Assembly: GCF_009914755.1 (NCBI RefSeq) | Contig: NC_060931.1 | Reading direction: 5' to 3' (one strand) | Length of the DNA: 64,000 nt | DNA from: the human T2T-CHM13v2.0 reference genome, Homo sapiens | In this document: positions 25,811-38,604 of the stretch, in pieces | Position numbering within the stretch: the stretch's first letter is position 1 | Layout: each line of letters begins with the position of its first letter | Program-made: the position numbers and the translations under genes | Notes under the pieces: generated by a model | The model's database searches: none | Told to the model about the DNA's origin: nothing | The model's input: only the letters and a program-made list of their open reading frames with translations

Positions 25811-26616
25811 TCACAGGTGGGTGAGCTTGGGTGCTTCCTGAATTCTTCCCTGAGAAGGATGGTGGCCGGTAAGGTCCGTGTAGGTGGGGTGCGGCTCCCC
25901 AGGCCCCGGCCCGTGGTGGTGGCCGCTGCCCAGCGGCCCGGCACCCCCATAGTCCATGGCGCCCGAGGCAGCGTGGGGGAGGTGAGTTAGACCAAAGAGG
26001 GCTGGCCCGGAGTTGCTCATGGGCTCCACATAGCTGCCCCCCACGAAGACGGGGCTTCCCTGTATGTGTGGGGTCCCATAGCTGCCGTTGCCCTGCAGGC
26101 CATGAGCGTGCGGGTCATAGTCGGGGGTGCCCCCTGCGCCCGCCCCTGCCGCCGTGTAGCGCTTCTGTGGGGGTGGCGGGGGTGCGCAGCTGGGCAGGGA
26201 CGCAGGGTAGGAGGCGGGGGGCAGCCCGTAGGTACCCTGGGGGGGCTTGGAGAAGGGCGGGGGCGACTGGGGCTCATACGGGACGCTGTTGACCAGCGAA
26301 TGCATAGAGTTCAGATAGCCACCGGCTCCGGGGGGCACGGGGCTGCGACTTGGAGACTGGCCCCCCGATGACGTTAGCATGCCCTTGCCCTTCTGATCCT
26401 TTTTGTACTTCATGCGGCGATTCTGGAACCAGATCTTGATCTGGCGCTCAGTGAGGTTCAGCAGATTGGCCATCTCCACCCGGCGCGGCCGGCACAGGTA
26501 GCGGTTGAAGTGGAACTCTTTCTCCAGCTCCACCAGCTGCGCGCTCGTGTAGGCCGTGCGCGCGCGCTTGGACGAAGCCTGCCCCGGCGGGCTCTTGTCG
26601 CCAGCGCAGCTTTCGC
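25811..26616 (-). CDS. HOXA3: Homeobox protein Hox-A3, last coding exon (homeodomain)
   Basis: Acceptor cctcgcag|GC; [58 protein letters not shown]...QEAPKLTHL*; joined CDS 1332 nt = 443 aa. Confidence 0.99.
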
Positions 26617-28010
26617 CTGCGAGGACAGAGAGAGGAAGAGCGGCGTCAGGGGCTGCCGCGGCCCCGCCCAGCCCCTGACCCAGCCCGGCCCCTCCTTCCA
26701 CCAGGCCCCAAAGGTTCCTGCATCCGTCAGGTCCCAGAGAGAAGTAGGAACTAGGTGCTATCCTCTCTCCTGGTGGGTAAAACAGTGATACTCCCTCATT
26801 TAGCCAAGGAGCAAATCACAGCCTTCTCGGGGGAAAGGACAGAGAAGTAGAACCCCCGGTTTGCCTTCCTGGTCTGGATTTTCTGTTTAGAGCTATTAAC
26901 TTTCTGACTCATTTACTGGTCCCTTTGGCCTATCGGACAACAGCCTCCCTGTGGGCCGGTCTCAGCATCTCCATTCTCTTCACAGTAACTGAAATGTGGG
27001 AAACCTAATGTACACACTCATTTCCCTCCCACACTGTCTGACAATAATTAGGCAGTAGCTTCAACTGGCCACTTTTTTCTCTCTACCCAGAGGAGATGGG
27101 CAGACTGGAAACCTCAAACTGGAAGGCCTTCTCTGCCCAAAGAAGAGATCCCATTGAAGGTATTTCTGGTGGGGAGGCCTAGGCCCTTCATGCTAGGTCC
27201 TATTCTTTAGGGTTCCCTATGTCATCAAGCAGCCAGCCCCAGCTTTTGTCCACTAATCTTGTACCCTTCTGTCTTCCCTGGCCCCCCAGATCCTAGCTCT
27301 GGAAGTCCCAGATGCTCAGGCTCAGAGCAGGGCACTGGCAACTGGAGAAGGCAGGGGCAAAGGTAACCAAAATGCTAGGAAGCCTAAAGCCTGGGGCCTT
27401 TCCTCTACTGGAGCCCGCTTTCAGGAGGCCCATGTGGTTCCCATTAGGATGATAAGTCTGCATCCCCCTCCCCCAGGAGATCTTTGGCTGCTTTCATTGT
27501 ACTAAGTCTGAGTAGGGTCTTCCCAGAGGTAAGGCAGCCACTCCATCTGCAGGAGCAAAAATTGGCTCTGATTATAGGCAAAGCATTGATTCTGTCTTGG
27601 AGGGTGATTAGGCCTGTTTTTATTCTGCCACATTTCAGTAAGGGGAGGATGTCACTGTTTCATTAGAAGAGCTGTGCTAAAAAGATAGACAGTGGAGCTC
27701 AGGTTGTTTCTGCACAGAGGTCCTAACTCCAAGAGTGGAGCAAGAAGAGATTCCAACTGCACTAGACCCTACTTGCCCTTGGAGAAGTCCAGAGGGACTC
27801 CCAGCAGGTCTCTGGTGTTTTCCAGCCTACAGAGGCCTATCACCTCCCTAAGTTGCAAAGACTATGAAAACCTTTTTGGTGGGCAGTGGTGTGGGAGCAG
27901 TGAATTCCAGACATGCTCCATCGCTCCTAGGCTGTGCTGGATGTCGTGGGCAGTAGCTTGGGGACCAGGAGCCAGGCCAGAGGACCCTCTTCCAGAAGGC
28001 ACTCCTTTAC

Positions 28011-28536
28011 CTGAGCTGGAGCTGCTGGTTTTCTGCTTTGTGTTTTGTCGAGACTCTTTCATCCAGGGGAAGATTTGTTTGGCCACTGTGGGTGAGTTGA
28101 GCAGGGGGCTCTTGGCCGCGTTGGCAGGGGTAGGGTTGTTGCTGGCATTCTGAGGAGGGGAGGCAGAAGAGGGAGGCGGGGGCGCGGCAGGGGTAGGTGC
28201 AGGGGGCTGAGGTGCGGGCTGAGGCGGCTGTGGGGCAGGGGGCGCGGCCTGGGGCGGCGGCGGGTGCAGGGGCGGCTCTCCCAGGCTTGGAGGCTGGCTA
28301 GGTGGGGCGCTCAGGGTGCGCAGGCACGCCTCACTCAGTTCGTGTGCCTTGGGGTGGCCCCCGGCGCTGGAGGGAGACTGGAGGGAGCAGGCGGGTCGGT
28401 GGTACTCGCCGTCGGCGCCCAAAGCGGCGGACGCCGGGTACGGCTGCTGATTGGCATTATAAGCGAACCCGTTGGCTGCCTGGTAGGGGTAGCCACCGTA
28501 GATCGCCGAGCTGTCGTAGTAGGTCGCTTTTTGCAT
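28011..28536 (-). CDS. HOXA3: Homeobox protein Hox-A3, first coding exon (exon acceptor at 28656)
   Basis: [18 protein letters not shown]..., Pro-rich region, hexapeptide IFPWMK, donor TCAG|gtaaag; 526 nt. Confidence 0.99.
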
Positions 28537-29378
28537 CGCGTTGTTTCACGATCTTGATCGCACACTCTGACAGGGGTTTGACACCCGTGAGGGCGCACAT
28601 TGGCACGCCCCCGCGGTCACGTGACACTCCGCCGCCAATGGCCGCCCCGCGCAGACCTGGTGGGGCGAGAAGCGCAGCGCGGTGAGGGCTCCGCGCAAAT
28701 CCATCTTACTCTCAATAGCTAAGTGACATGAAAGCCATAAAAGAAAAAGTGGTCAGCAATATTTAGCAGCACGACTTGGCCCCGGGCGCAGGGAGCCGTG
28801 CTATAAAAAACCGCTGGAATTTACTGGCAGCTACAAATATTTGCTTAACTTGCGTCTGGAGTTGGGGGATTTTCCGGGGAGAAGGAGAATGAGTGAGGGC
28901 TGCAAGCTGATTCTCAGGAGCCGGGATCCAAAAGGAGAAAGGCTTGATAGGCTAGAAAGGAAAAAGGCTGGGATCTTTCTTTTCCAGGGAAGAAGAAACT
29001 TGGGATGTCGCTTAGTTTCTGCTCCTTGGCCTCCTCCAGAGGGCCCAAGACTCCTCCACTCTGGGAATGTTGGGAAGGGAACGAGGAGGCAAAGGGGAGC
29101 TTGGGTCGCCAATGTTTTCTCCGCTTTAGGACTGATGTTTGCCAAAAGAGCCCTGAGATGGGGTAACTTCCCACCCAGCTCCTTCTTGGACCTTCCTGCT
29201 CCCAAGAGAGGTTTGCACAAAAAATTTCAGGCAATTTGCCCCATCCAACCATGCTGGATTTCAGAAGCTGAGCTTGTTAGGAAGTTAATCCACCTTGTTG
29301 GGGATATGACTCACCTCCTCCAAATGAACCCCTTGTGGCCAAGCCAAGGGGGGAGGGAAAACTTTGTGTGGAACACAT

Positions 29379-29381
<3 letters not shown>

Positions 29382-29417
<36 letters not shown>
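29382..29417. repeat. (GT)18 microsatellite
   Basis: Direct reading. Confidence 0.97.
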
Positions 29418-29419
<2 letters not shown>

Positions 29420-31427
29420 AGGGTGAGGGACCAACAGTAACACCCCACCCAGCAAGTCACAACTAAAATCCTAGAGAGTTCTTTACTCCTTTCCTCTCCC
29501 TGTTTCTCAGGCACTTCCCAGCAAGCCACCCCCACTTCTTTACTTCTTTCCCCCAGTTACAGAAGGTTCCCAGAACCTCCTGTCTTGGACTTTCTAAGGT
29601 GCTGTTATTCGGGGCAACTATCAAATTCTACCTGTTAAAACATGATGGATTAGAGGGGGAAAAAAAACCCCTCCAGGAACCTGAAAAACCAGCGTTCATC
29701 TCCATGACCACAGTTTGAACTCTCCTTCCAACTTAACGATAATAGGTTCTGTCTTAGAAACTGCTATGTAATTTGATGTATGGGGGTCATTTGGCTCCCG
29801 ACGAGGGATGGAAGCACAAGCCATAAAATCCTGCCAGAGTTTCCTGATCTTTGTGTGCTGTTGTTGTTGTTGATATTTTGTTACTTGGCCTATTTACCTG
29901 CTTCAGAAATACCAAGTAAAGGATAACCCTGAAAATCTAAAAAGCAGTTGAAAACCTCCTCAACCCTCTTTCATTTAGAAAGCAGTTTGCAAAAGTTAAA
30001 TCTGTTTTCTTTTTGTTTTCAACCACTGCATGGTCAACCTCTAGTTCTCAGCACAGAAAAGTTCCATGTGAGTTTCAAATATTCACCCACACACACACTC
30101 AGAATCTTAGTCCCTCTGACCACTCAAGAAAATTATAACAAATTCAAAAGAAAATGGTTAACATGCAATCCAACTATGTATATTGAGTCCCAGAGTTATT
30201 CAAGTTTTCCAGGAATATTAGATGCTTTGTTAACTAGAAAAAAAAAGATAATGTATTGCATCTACCAGTAGATGATTATAATTCCATTGTTGATAATGGA
30301 CTCCTTTAGATTTCATTATTAAGCCAACAATCTTACCAACATCTGCAAAACAGGCACAATTAATTTTCCAGAACCTCGATTAAAAATTACAGCATCGCTT
30401 ATCCAGAGTTATTGTCAGTGATCATGAGCCCTGGAGCATTGTTTCTCTTTTGGAAATAGGAAGCTACACATACCATGGTTGAAAGTAAATAAAGGATAAA
30501 GTAAAACTTAAAACTGAATAGCAATTTAGTGTATCCGTTTCCTTTTCTTTTACTGAAAACAGTTCCTATTACATTTGGCAGTGTCAATGTCTGCCATTAC
30601 AAATTTTTTAGATACCAGGCTTGTGTAAAATAAAATGTCAGGTTAAGAAAATTAGACACTCGAACAGCAAGATATTAGATAAAACAAAATTAAGCTGATT
30701 TTGCACATGCAATATTTCTAGTGACTTGCTAATCCATTATCACGTTATACCAGCCTGCTACTTAGTTAAGCCTTTTTATCAAGTTGTGCATTGTCTTACA
30801 AAATAACAAAAATATCTTTGAAAATCAAAGAGCATACAACAGCCCTCGTAAACTTAAAATATAAATTCGATTCTGGGATCCCACCAAAATCCTTCCTATT
30901 GTTCGAGGTCAGCAGACCACCACCTTGGAGCTCATACATCCCCCCACCCCAACCCAGCCCCCAAAGTTTGCAACCTAGTAAAGAAGTTGGAGATTTGCCA
31001 GCCAGGAAACTTTGCTCTGTACCGCCAAGCAAGGGCTGGGGATGAGGGGAGATTCCTCCACAAAGATCTGTTTCTGGACAATAATCCCCAGGTGCAAGAG
31101 CCGAAAGAGAGTTGAAGAGGCTAAATTGAGTGCAAGAAGCAAGCCCTATTGTCTCTCTGGAAGATGTGCCCAAATTCAACCTCCGTCCTTCAGACATCGC
31201 TCCCTCTTCCCATTCCCTCCTCTTTCTTAGCCTTCCCTCACCCCAAATCTGAGCGGGTTCGTCGGATAGGAGCCCCGAGTCCCCTGCCCACCTCTCCTTC
31301 CCTCTGCAACCCAGAAAAGTTAAGGCTGGGCTAGGGGAGAGGCAAGAGGTGGGGGCGGGGATGGGAAAGCGGCCTGAACTCGAAGTGTAAGGGTATCAGT
31401 CACTGCCGGGAAGGAAGCTCCGGCTTG

Positions 31428-31444
31428 TGAACTCTTCTTGAACC
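31428..31444 (-). promoter_or_regulatory. DR5 RARE upstream of the HOXA3 coding exons
   Basis: Minus strand GGTTCA-agaag-AGTTCA; adjacent HOX-PBX site TGATTTATGG (minus, 31462-31471). Confidence 0.88.
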
Positions 31445-31528
31445 GAGATTTAAGTCTGCAGCCATAAATCACCGAGACGTAAACTCCGCCATTCAGCGCC
31501 GGGAGCGGCCGGTTGCGGCCCTGCTTAC

Positions 31529-31900
31529 CTTAACTTCTGACGAGCGCAGGCTCGGGCTCAGGCTCCGACACGGGCTCTGGCCCCCGGCCTGGCTTGGCGG
31601 CCCGGCCGGGTCCCCTCGGCGCGGGATGGGCACGGACCCTCAGCATCAGCCGAGATGGCAGGCGGGCTGGAGACCCCGAGGCCCGGTCACCGCCGCGCAG
31701 AGCGTGGCCGCCTCGCTGCTCCAGCACGGCTCGCCCAGGGCCGACTGGGGCGGCTTGGACCCCCCTCCCACCCACCCCACCCACCCACCCCTCCCCCACA
31801 CCCCCGCCCCCTGCCCTTCCCGAGGGCAGCAGCCGCGGCCCGGAGATAAGCGCTAGTGCGGCGCCGGGCTCTGCCTGGGCTAGTGGCACCGACTTGGGTA
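31529..31900 (-). other. HOXA3: Probable alternative non-coding first exon of HOXA3 in a CpG island (5' end uncertain)
   Basis: Strong donor TTAAG|gtaagc at 31529 at the edge of a CpG island. Confidence 0.55.
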
Positions 31901-32645
31901 TGTTTCTTATGAATATTACACGCGGAGCAGCGTCTGGTCCGGGGGTGCGGTGGGGGGTGTTGGGGCGGGCGGGAGGGGAGACCAAGGCGGCTGGGGAAGC
32001 GCGGGCTGGTGTGGGGGATGGGGCTGAGGCGAGGGGAGGGACCGGAGGGAGAAGGGGAGCTCGGCGGTGGCGGGAGGAGGGCAGCCTCCCCCCACCCCCC
32101 AACGCCCTCCCTCTCCTGCTCCCAGGCGTCACGAAAGTCCAGGAAAATTATGCTAATGAGGACAAACGGCTCTCACAAAGGGGCTCTCTTGCTGGGCTCT
32201 ATTTCTTAGGAATTCGTTTGAGAAACTTCGTATTCCTCTGCCCTGGACACTTCCAATTGTGGGGTGAGGGGAAAGAGAACCAAGAAAAGTGAGTTTCCCA
32301 GACTTTGCCCCGTTTACTTCACCTGCAACTCCCAAACAGATCTTTGGGTGGGGGTGTGGGGAGCTGGGATAAGGCTTTTCTCTAGAGACCCTCAAGAGCC
32401 AACTGGGCTCTCTTTGGTTAAATTTTCAGGCAGAAACTGCTGACATCCTAGCAGCCAGGAGAAAAATGTCCTGGGAGAGACAGGTACTTGTTCCAGCAGT
32501 GAAATGGGATGCTCTGGGCTCAGGTACAAACAAGGGTGTTTAGAAACGCGGATCTCCAGGGCTCATGTGCCCATTTCAGAGTGCAGACACGCAGCTCACC
32601 CACAGGGAAGACAGAGAAAGCTCTGACCCCAAGAGAAACCGACAT

Positions 32646-32648
<3 letters not shown>

Positions 32649-32690
<42 letters not shown>
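32649..32690. repeat. (AC)21 microsatellite
   Basis: Direct reading. Confidence 0.97.
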
Positions 32691-32693
<3 letters not shown>

Positions 32694-32738
32694 GGGCAGA
32701 GGAATATGTGGTTTCTCAAACGGATTCCTAAAACATAC

Positions 32739-32870
32739 ATATATATATAATATATATTATATATATTATATATATTATATATATTATATATATTATATAT
32801 TATATATATAATATATATTATATATATAATATATATTATATATATAATATATATTATATATATGTATATA
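32739..32870. repeat. AT-only compound tandem repeat (9-mer ATATATATT and 18-mer TATATATAATATATATTA units)
   Basis: Direct reading. Confidence 0.95.
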
Positions 32871-33239
32871 CATATTTTCCTCATTAGTGGGATGGAGTAA
32901 CGCTGAGCTGGGCAAAAGAAAGGTCCGAATTTGCCTGGTAATATTGCCACAACTTGAAAGTGGATGATTTTCCTCCTAAAGCCTCCTTTGCTCCCAGCTT
33001 CAGAAGCAAACTCTGCAAGGGTACGAGTGTGGCAAAAAGAGAGAAATGGAGATTTCTCTCTTTTGCTGCAATCCCAAGGCGTCAACGGCGGGTCCTTCTC
33101 AAAGGAAGGTGTTAAAAATATAAGTAGTATGTTTAAACTGTCAAGGAGCCAAAGTGTCACCTTAGAGCAAAAACAAAGCCAGGGGAAAAGGGAGAAATCA
33201 AAAAGCACTCCGGGCCAGGGTGGCCTCATGCATACCAAT

Positions 33240-33510
33240 GGTTTTTGTCATTTATGGCTGGGCAAGATTTATGACTCGGCGCCCCAAAGCTGTAAACAGA
33301 GCACAAAACAGCAAACACTTGCTCCTTATGGCATATTGCAGAGCAACTTGAAAGGGGGAGCTGGCCGCGTAGGAGGTGAGAGCCAGCCGCAAAAATCCGT
33401 TCGGCGGCATTTTCTCTTCAAACCCGCCCGGTCGGATGTGGCATTTGAAGAAAGAAGGCGTGGGTCAATAATCAACCCGCACTTTCTCCTCCAAACTGCT
33501 GACGCGACTC
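33240..33510. promoter_or_regulatory. HOXA3 rhombomere 5/6 enhancer: MAFB (kreisler) site plus HOX/PBX and PREP/MEIS autoregulatory sites
   Basis: ctccaaacTGCTGACgcga (33497-33503); TGATTATTGAC (minus, about 33463-33473); AGATTTATGA (33265-33274); TGACAA (minus, 33245-33250). Confidence 0.8.
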
Positions 33511-36500
33511 TCACCGCCTTCTCAGCTAAGCCAGCTGCCGGGAAGGCCAGCTCTCCGTAAGAACCTGCCAGGGGAAGGGATTCTCTGGGCCAAGGGGACC
33601 GAGGGCTCCCGAGCAAGGGCTGGGGCGCCCTGAAAGCATACCTTTCCACTGGCGCCAAGACCCTGCCGGGCAAAACGCGGGGACCAGACCTGAGGAGCCG
33701 TGGGAGCCCAGGGAGATCTGGGGCGGGAGCTTCGTTCCGGCCAGGGCCTCTATCCGCCCCGATACGTGGCTCCTGGGCCGCGGGCCTCAGCGGGCAGAAG
33801 TGGGGCTCCGACCTCAAGATGAAGGTCCAGCGTCCTGGCATGCAGATGGTCGGTGCCCCAGCCTCAAGCCGCTCTGCTTAAATCCAAAGGACTGGCTTTG
33901 GAGCAAGCGTAGGCGAGATTATTTTAAAATAATAATTTATGCTGGCGGAAGGTTTTTATTTGTTGGTTTGCTATTGGTGTTTTGTTTTTTAAGCGAAAAT
34001 GCCGATTGTTGATTTCCACCTCCAGAAATTACCAGCCGCCGCCGCTGCGCCCTTTCTAGACAAATCCCACAGCAGTTCACCCGGCTCCCCCAAAACCGCA
34101 GAGCTTTTCTTTACTGAGAGGACCCCTTGGTTCCACCAATTCCCCCAAATCCCCGTGGCTCCCGATCTCTCATCCAGGGGGACTAGAAGAAAAGATTTTC
34201 TCAGCACTAGAAGAATACTTGGAGCAGCAAAGGTGCCCGTGGTGTCTTTCTACCATTCAAGGGGTGTCCTCCTGAAGGCGTCTGAGAGGGCCTCTGGCGG
34301 TTCCAAGGCTGTGCAGCCGGGGAGGAAGGTGAGGAATATCGTGGGTAAGAAGAGGCACCAAAATCACAGAATAGAGAGGAAAATTATTGAGGAAATGTAC
34401 TTGCCTGTGAGGGTGAAGCTGGCATTTCGAGGTAGAAGGGGACTAGCCTTTTTTGATATCTAATAGTTTAGCATTATACGTAATGGACTCACTTTAGCAC
34501 TTTCATGGGAGGAAAAACCAATCTGAGCTCTATAAATGTGGCTCTTGGCTTCTCACTGTGCATGCTTTTATGTAGAACCAGAGTCCATCCTTAGATATTT
34601 ATTCAGCTTGCTGGCACTGAAGCAACAATAAAAAGATGCCTCTAACAAACCTCTATTCCCTCTCTCATTCTTTCTAGCAAAACTATATTATTTATGAGTC
34701 TTTAACTGGGTCAAAAATGCGCCAGAACTAGGTCATAAATCATATGAAATGCTGACAAGTAATTGAACAGCAATTAAAGCTTACATTTTATTTCCAAGGG
34801 GTGTTTTAGAGCACTTGAAAGGGCCTCAGTTAAACACTTGGTTACTGCCGAGGCCGGCACTGGGGAGGGCAGAAGGGCCCTTTCGTTCTGGGGTAGTAAA
34901 TCCCACTCAAGTAGGGGATGCCTGATTTGATTTTTTTTTCACGTACAGAAAGAAATAATCTATATTTTAAGAAGTGAAAGGGGCACATCCGACCTCTGAC
35001 TCCTTATAAGCATCCCTTTCCCTACTGCAAGGAGCATAATAGAGTTTCCTGCACCTTTCCAGGGAGTTCCCACCCTTCCCAGGAGTGTGGGGTCCCCAAA
35101 GCCCAATTAGCTGGGGCTTTCCCAATAATCTGGAAACATGCAGTTTAACTTTCATCTGCCTCCACCCTGGCTACAGCTCTGTTTTGGAGGCTCTGAAGCT
35201 GGAGAGATGTCTGCCTCTGCTTCCTGAGGACTCTTGTCTCTGGACTTCCCTCCAACCCAGGGCCCACTGGCCAGTTCTGGAACTCTCCAAGCCAGCTGGG
35301 GGTACACAAGGAATGCCCAGACCAGGCGCACTGATGAAGTCCAAACCTAATCCTGGCTCCCTCCTTCCTCTGTCTCCCGAATGTTAGAATAAGGAGCCCC
35401 TGGGCATCCAGCATGCTCACCCCACCCCAAGGCTCTCCTAGGTCTGAGCTGTCTTTCTTCAACCCTCTGGGGCAGAGGGTGCTCAGGGAAACAATGGCGG
35501 GCCCTCCGGTTCAGATCCTTGGGTCTGGCTTCTTGGGTCCGGCTTGTGGGGAAGCATGCTCTGCAATCTGGCACTAAACAAAGTGCCTGGAAGCATCATC
35601 AATAAAATGGCAGCGCATCTGCACATTTCCCTCATCGATTTCCCTCTTCCAGCTGCTCCGGCTGCTCAGGTCAGCCCCTAATCCTCCATCCCCTGCCTGA
35701 AAACACCGCCATCCTGGGAGAGATTCCCCTTCTCACCCACCCATCCCCCACCCCTCCCAGGCAATCTAGCCCTGCAAGCCGGTCCACCTCTGCCTGCACC
35801 TGGCTTCTGGACCCTCTTTCCGCCTGGGGATCAGCTCCTGAGACTCCAGCCCTGCCCTGCTGCAGTGGACAAAGCCACCCTTGCACTGGGGGCCACTGGG
35901 CCCACCTAGGAGCCCCCCTAGTGCCCCCTCCTTTACACCCCCAACACTTTCCAGGGAATTAAATTCAGAGTCTGAGGCGCTACTGGGAATCTTTCAAATG
36001 GTTTCGGTTCTAAAAGAGAAACAAAGGAAGAGAGAGGCTGAGGGTCCTGTCCATGAGCCAGGGTCTCCTCGCCTGACCTTTGTCTCTCACAGCCATAACT
36101 CACTCTAGATATGAACAATCGACGGAAATACCTTAAAATAAATTCCATCCTCCTGGTATAGCCTCGACTTCCATCGGCTAGCTCGCCCAGAACCGCTCCA
36201 TGAGTGCTGAAAACTGCAATCGGCTCAGAGAGCGCTCTCCGGAGAAGGGGAAGGAGAAGGAGGAGGTGGGTGCGTGGGGGTTGGGGGAAAGCTCTGGCTC
36301 TGTAGAGAATCTAGAAAACGTAATCACAGGCGAAGCCTGTCTGGGTCTCCGCTCCAAATGCCACAATAATGCGCTGTATTATGTGCTCACGTGGTCATAC
36401 GTCAACTTAAATCCTTTTATTTGAAATAGGGAACCACTGAAGGAACTAGGTTTCCAAACAGAATATTTAGCTTTGGGGGAGGGTAGGTGGGGAACCTTGA

Positions 36501-38244
36501 CCAGCAGTTTTGAGTTTAAGAGTTCTGTCTAAGCAATAGGATGCTTGGAGCCATCCTCCCATGAATGCCATATAAGACATACAAGCTTATCTCCACTTAT
36601 ATTTCTTTACACACCCTCCAAACACAAGGGTTACAGCAATGCTATTCACATTTTTAGAATCCATTTAACTTTCCTTACAGCCTCCCACCCACGGACAAGC
36701 TGGATCCTGCACACCCATGCACCCCAGTCTCCTCTGGCCCACAGGCCAGTATATCAAAAGGCAAGGGGCAGGCCCAGAAATAACTGGCCTGGACAGCGGA
36801 CTTCCTCACAGCCTGCCATTGTATGGAGTTTGCTAACACCCACACCATACACTACAGACGCTAGAAACACCAAAAAGGCACATAATTACCTGACAAAAGG
36901 TTAAAGCATCTCCTCCAAGTCCAGTTGGTTTTGTTCAGTGGGAGCCCACTAGGAAAGATGTGCTTGGCTATAGAGTGGTGGGTCCGGGTTTTGCAAAATC
37001 TAGAGAAACCTAGTGCCCTGACTAAACTTGCACTTAAGCATTTCCTCAGTGCACAACTGAGTGATACATGGAATTATAAGTTTCTAAACATAAAAAATAT
37101 CAGAGGAAATGATCTAATTGCTCTGCAAGAGACCCCCCCCCCAAAAAAAATAAGAAAAAAAAGAAAAAGAATCAACCTTCACTGGAGTGCCTTAAGTTAA
37201 CAAGGCAATCTGGGACCCTCTCCACAGGCAGGTCTGTCCACCCACTTTTCCAAGACAATTCTGTGTCCACCAGCAAATTCTCTCCCCACCCCCACACAAG
37301 TTCCTATAGAGATATCAACTCAAAGATGAGAAAGAGCCCCCTTCAGAACTCTCAAAATAATCTTGAGCAGAAAACCAGTAGAGAACCAACTGTGCTCAGG
37401 AAGAACCTAACTGAAACAAATAAGCTGCTCCCACCCTTGGTTCCACCCCTACTCCTGCCTTCTGCCTGATGACATTGCCCACTAATTTCAACATTGTACC
37501 GTTTCATGAGCTGTCTAAAAATCTTCTCTTTTCTGGTCTTAGTTTCTGAACTTCTGAGAGTGCTCTGAGGCTAGTGAGATCCTCAGGCCATATTCTTTTT
37601 TTCCTGGAGAATGGGTCTTCAGCTGGCTATGCCTGAGTGTGAGGACTCACTTATAGCAGCTGCAGGAGGCTGTGCATGATTCCTCCCCTTCACTCCTCCC
37701 CTGCAGAGGAACAGAAGGGGTCTGATGAAAATGTAAGGCCTTTCATAAGAGAACTTGTTCATGGGTTGTCCAAATCAGAAAGGCAATAAAAGAAGAGACC
37801 TAATCCCCTGGAAGCAAGTCCTGGCCTAAGCTGGTGACAATATTTCAGTAAGGTTCAATCTGTGGTGTAGCTGGAAGAGAACCTCCATGTGAACTTTTCC
37901 AGCTCCTATCTAAGTTACAAGCTGGAAAGTAAGAACTCCAAGTGAAAACCTGCCTCTCTCAGGTTTGGGGGATAGAGGACAGGAGTAGAAGCTGGTTTCC
38001 AAAAAGCGTTCTCCTGACCCCCAAGAACTCACTCCTCTCATTCTTACTGCTGCCTGCCTCATACCCCTCACCAATCATTCACACTGAGCTCTCCAGATAC
38101 CCTAGAAAGGGACCTGGAGGTATTGCTGGCAAATTCCTCCCTACCCCCAAGTTTCTGAAGAGGCATCAACTCAAAGATGAGAAGGGGCCCCCTTCAAAGC
38201 TCTTGGAACAGTCGAGCAAATGAAAACTCTTAAAGCCATAAATT

Positions 38245-38604
<360 letters not shown>

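Noticed and set aside
32509-33238. ORFs with HTHTHT / YYIYYI / CVCVCV repeats
   Set aside because: Translations of microsatellites
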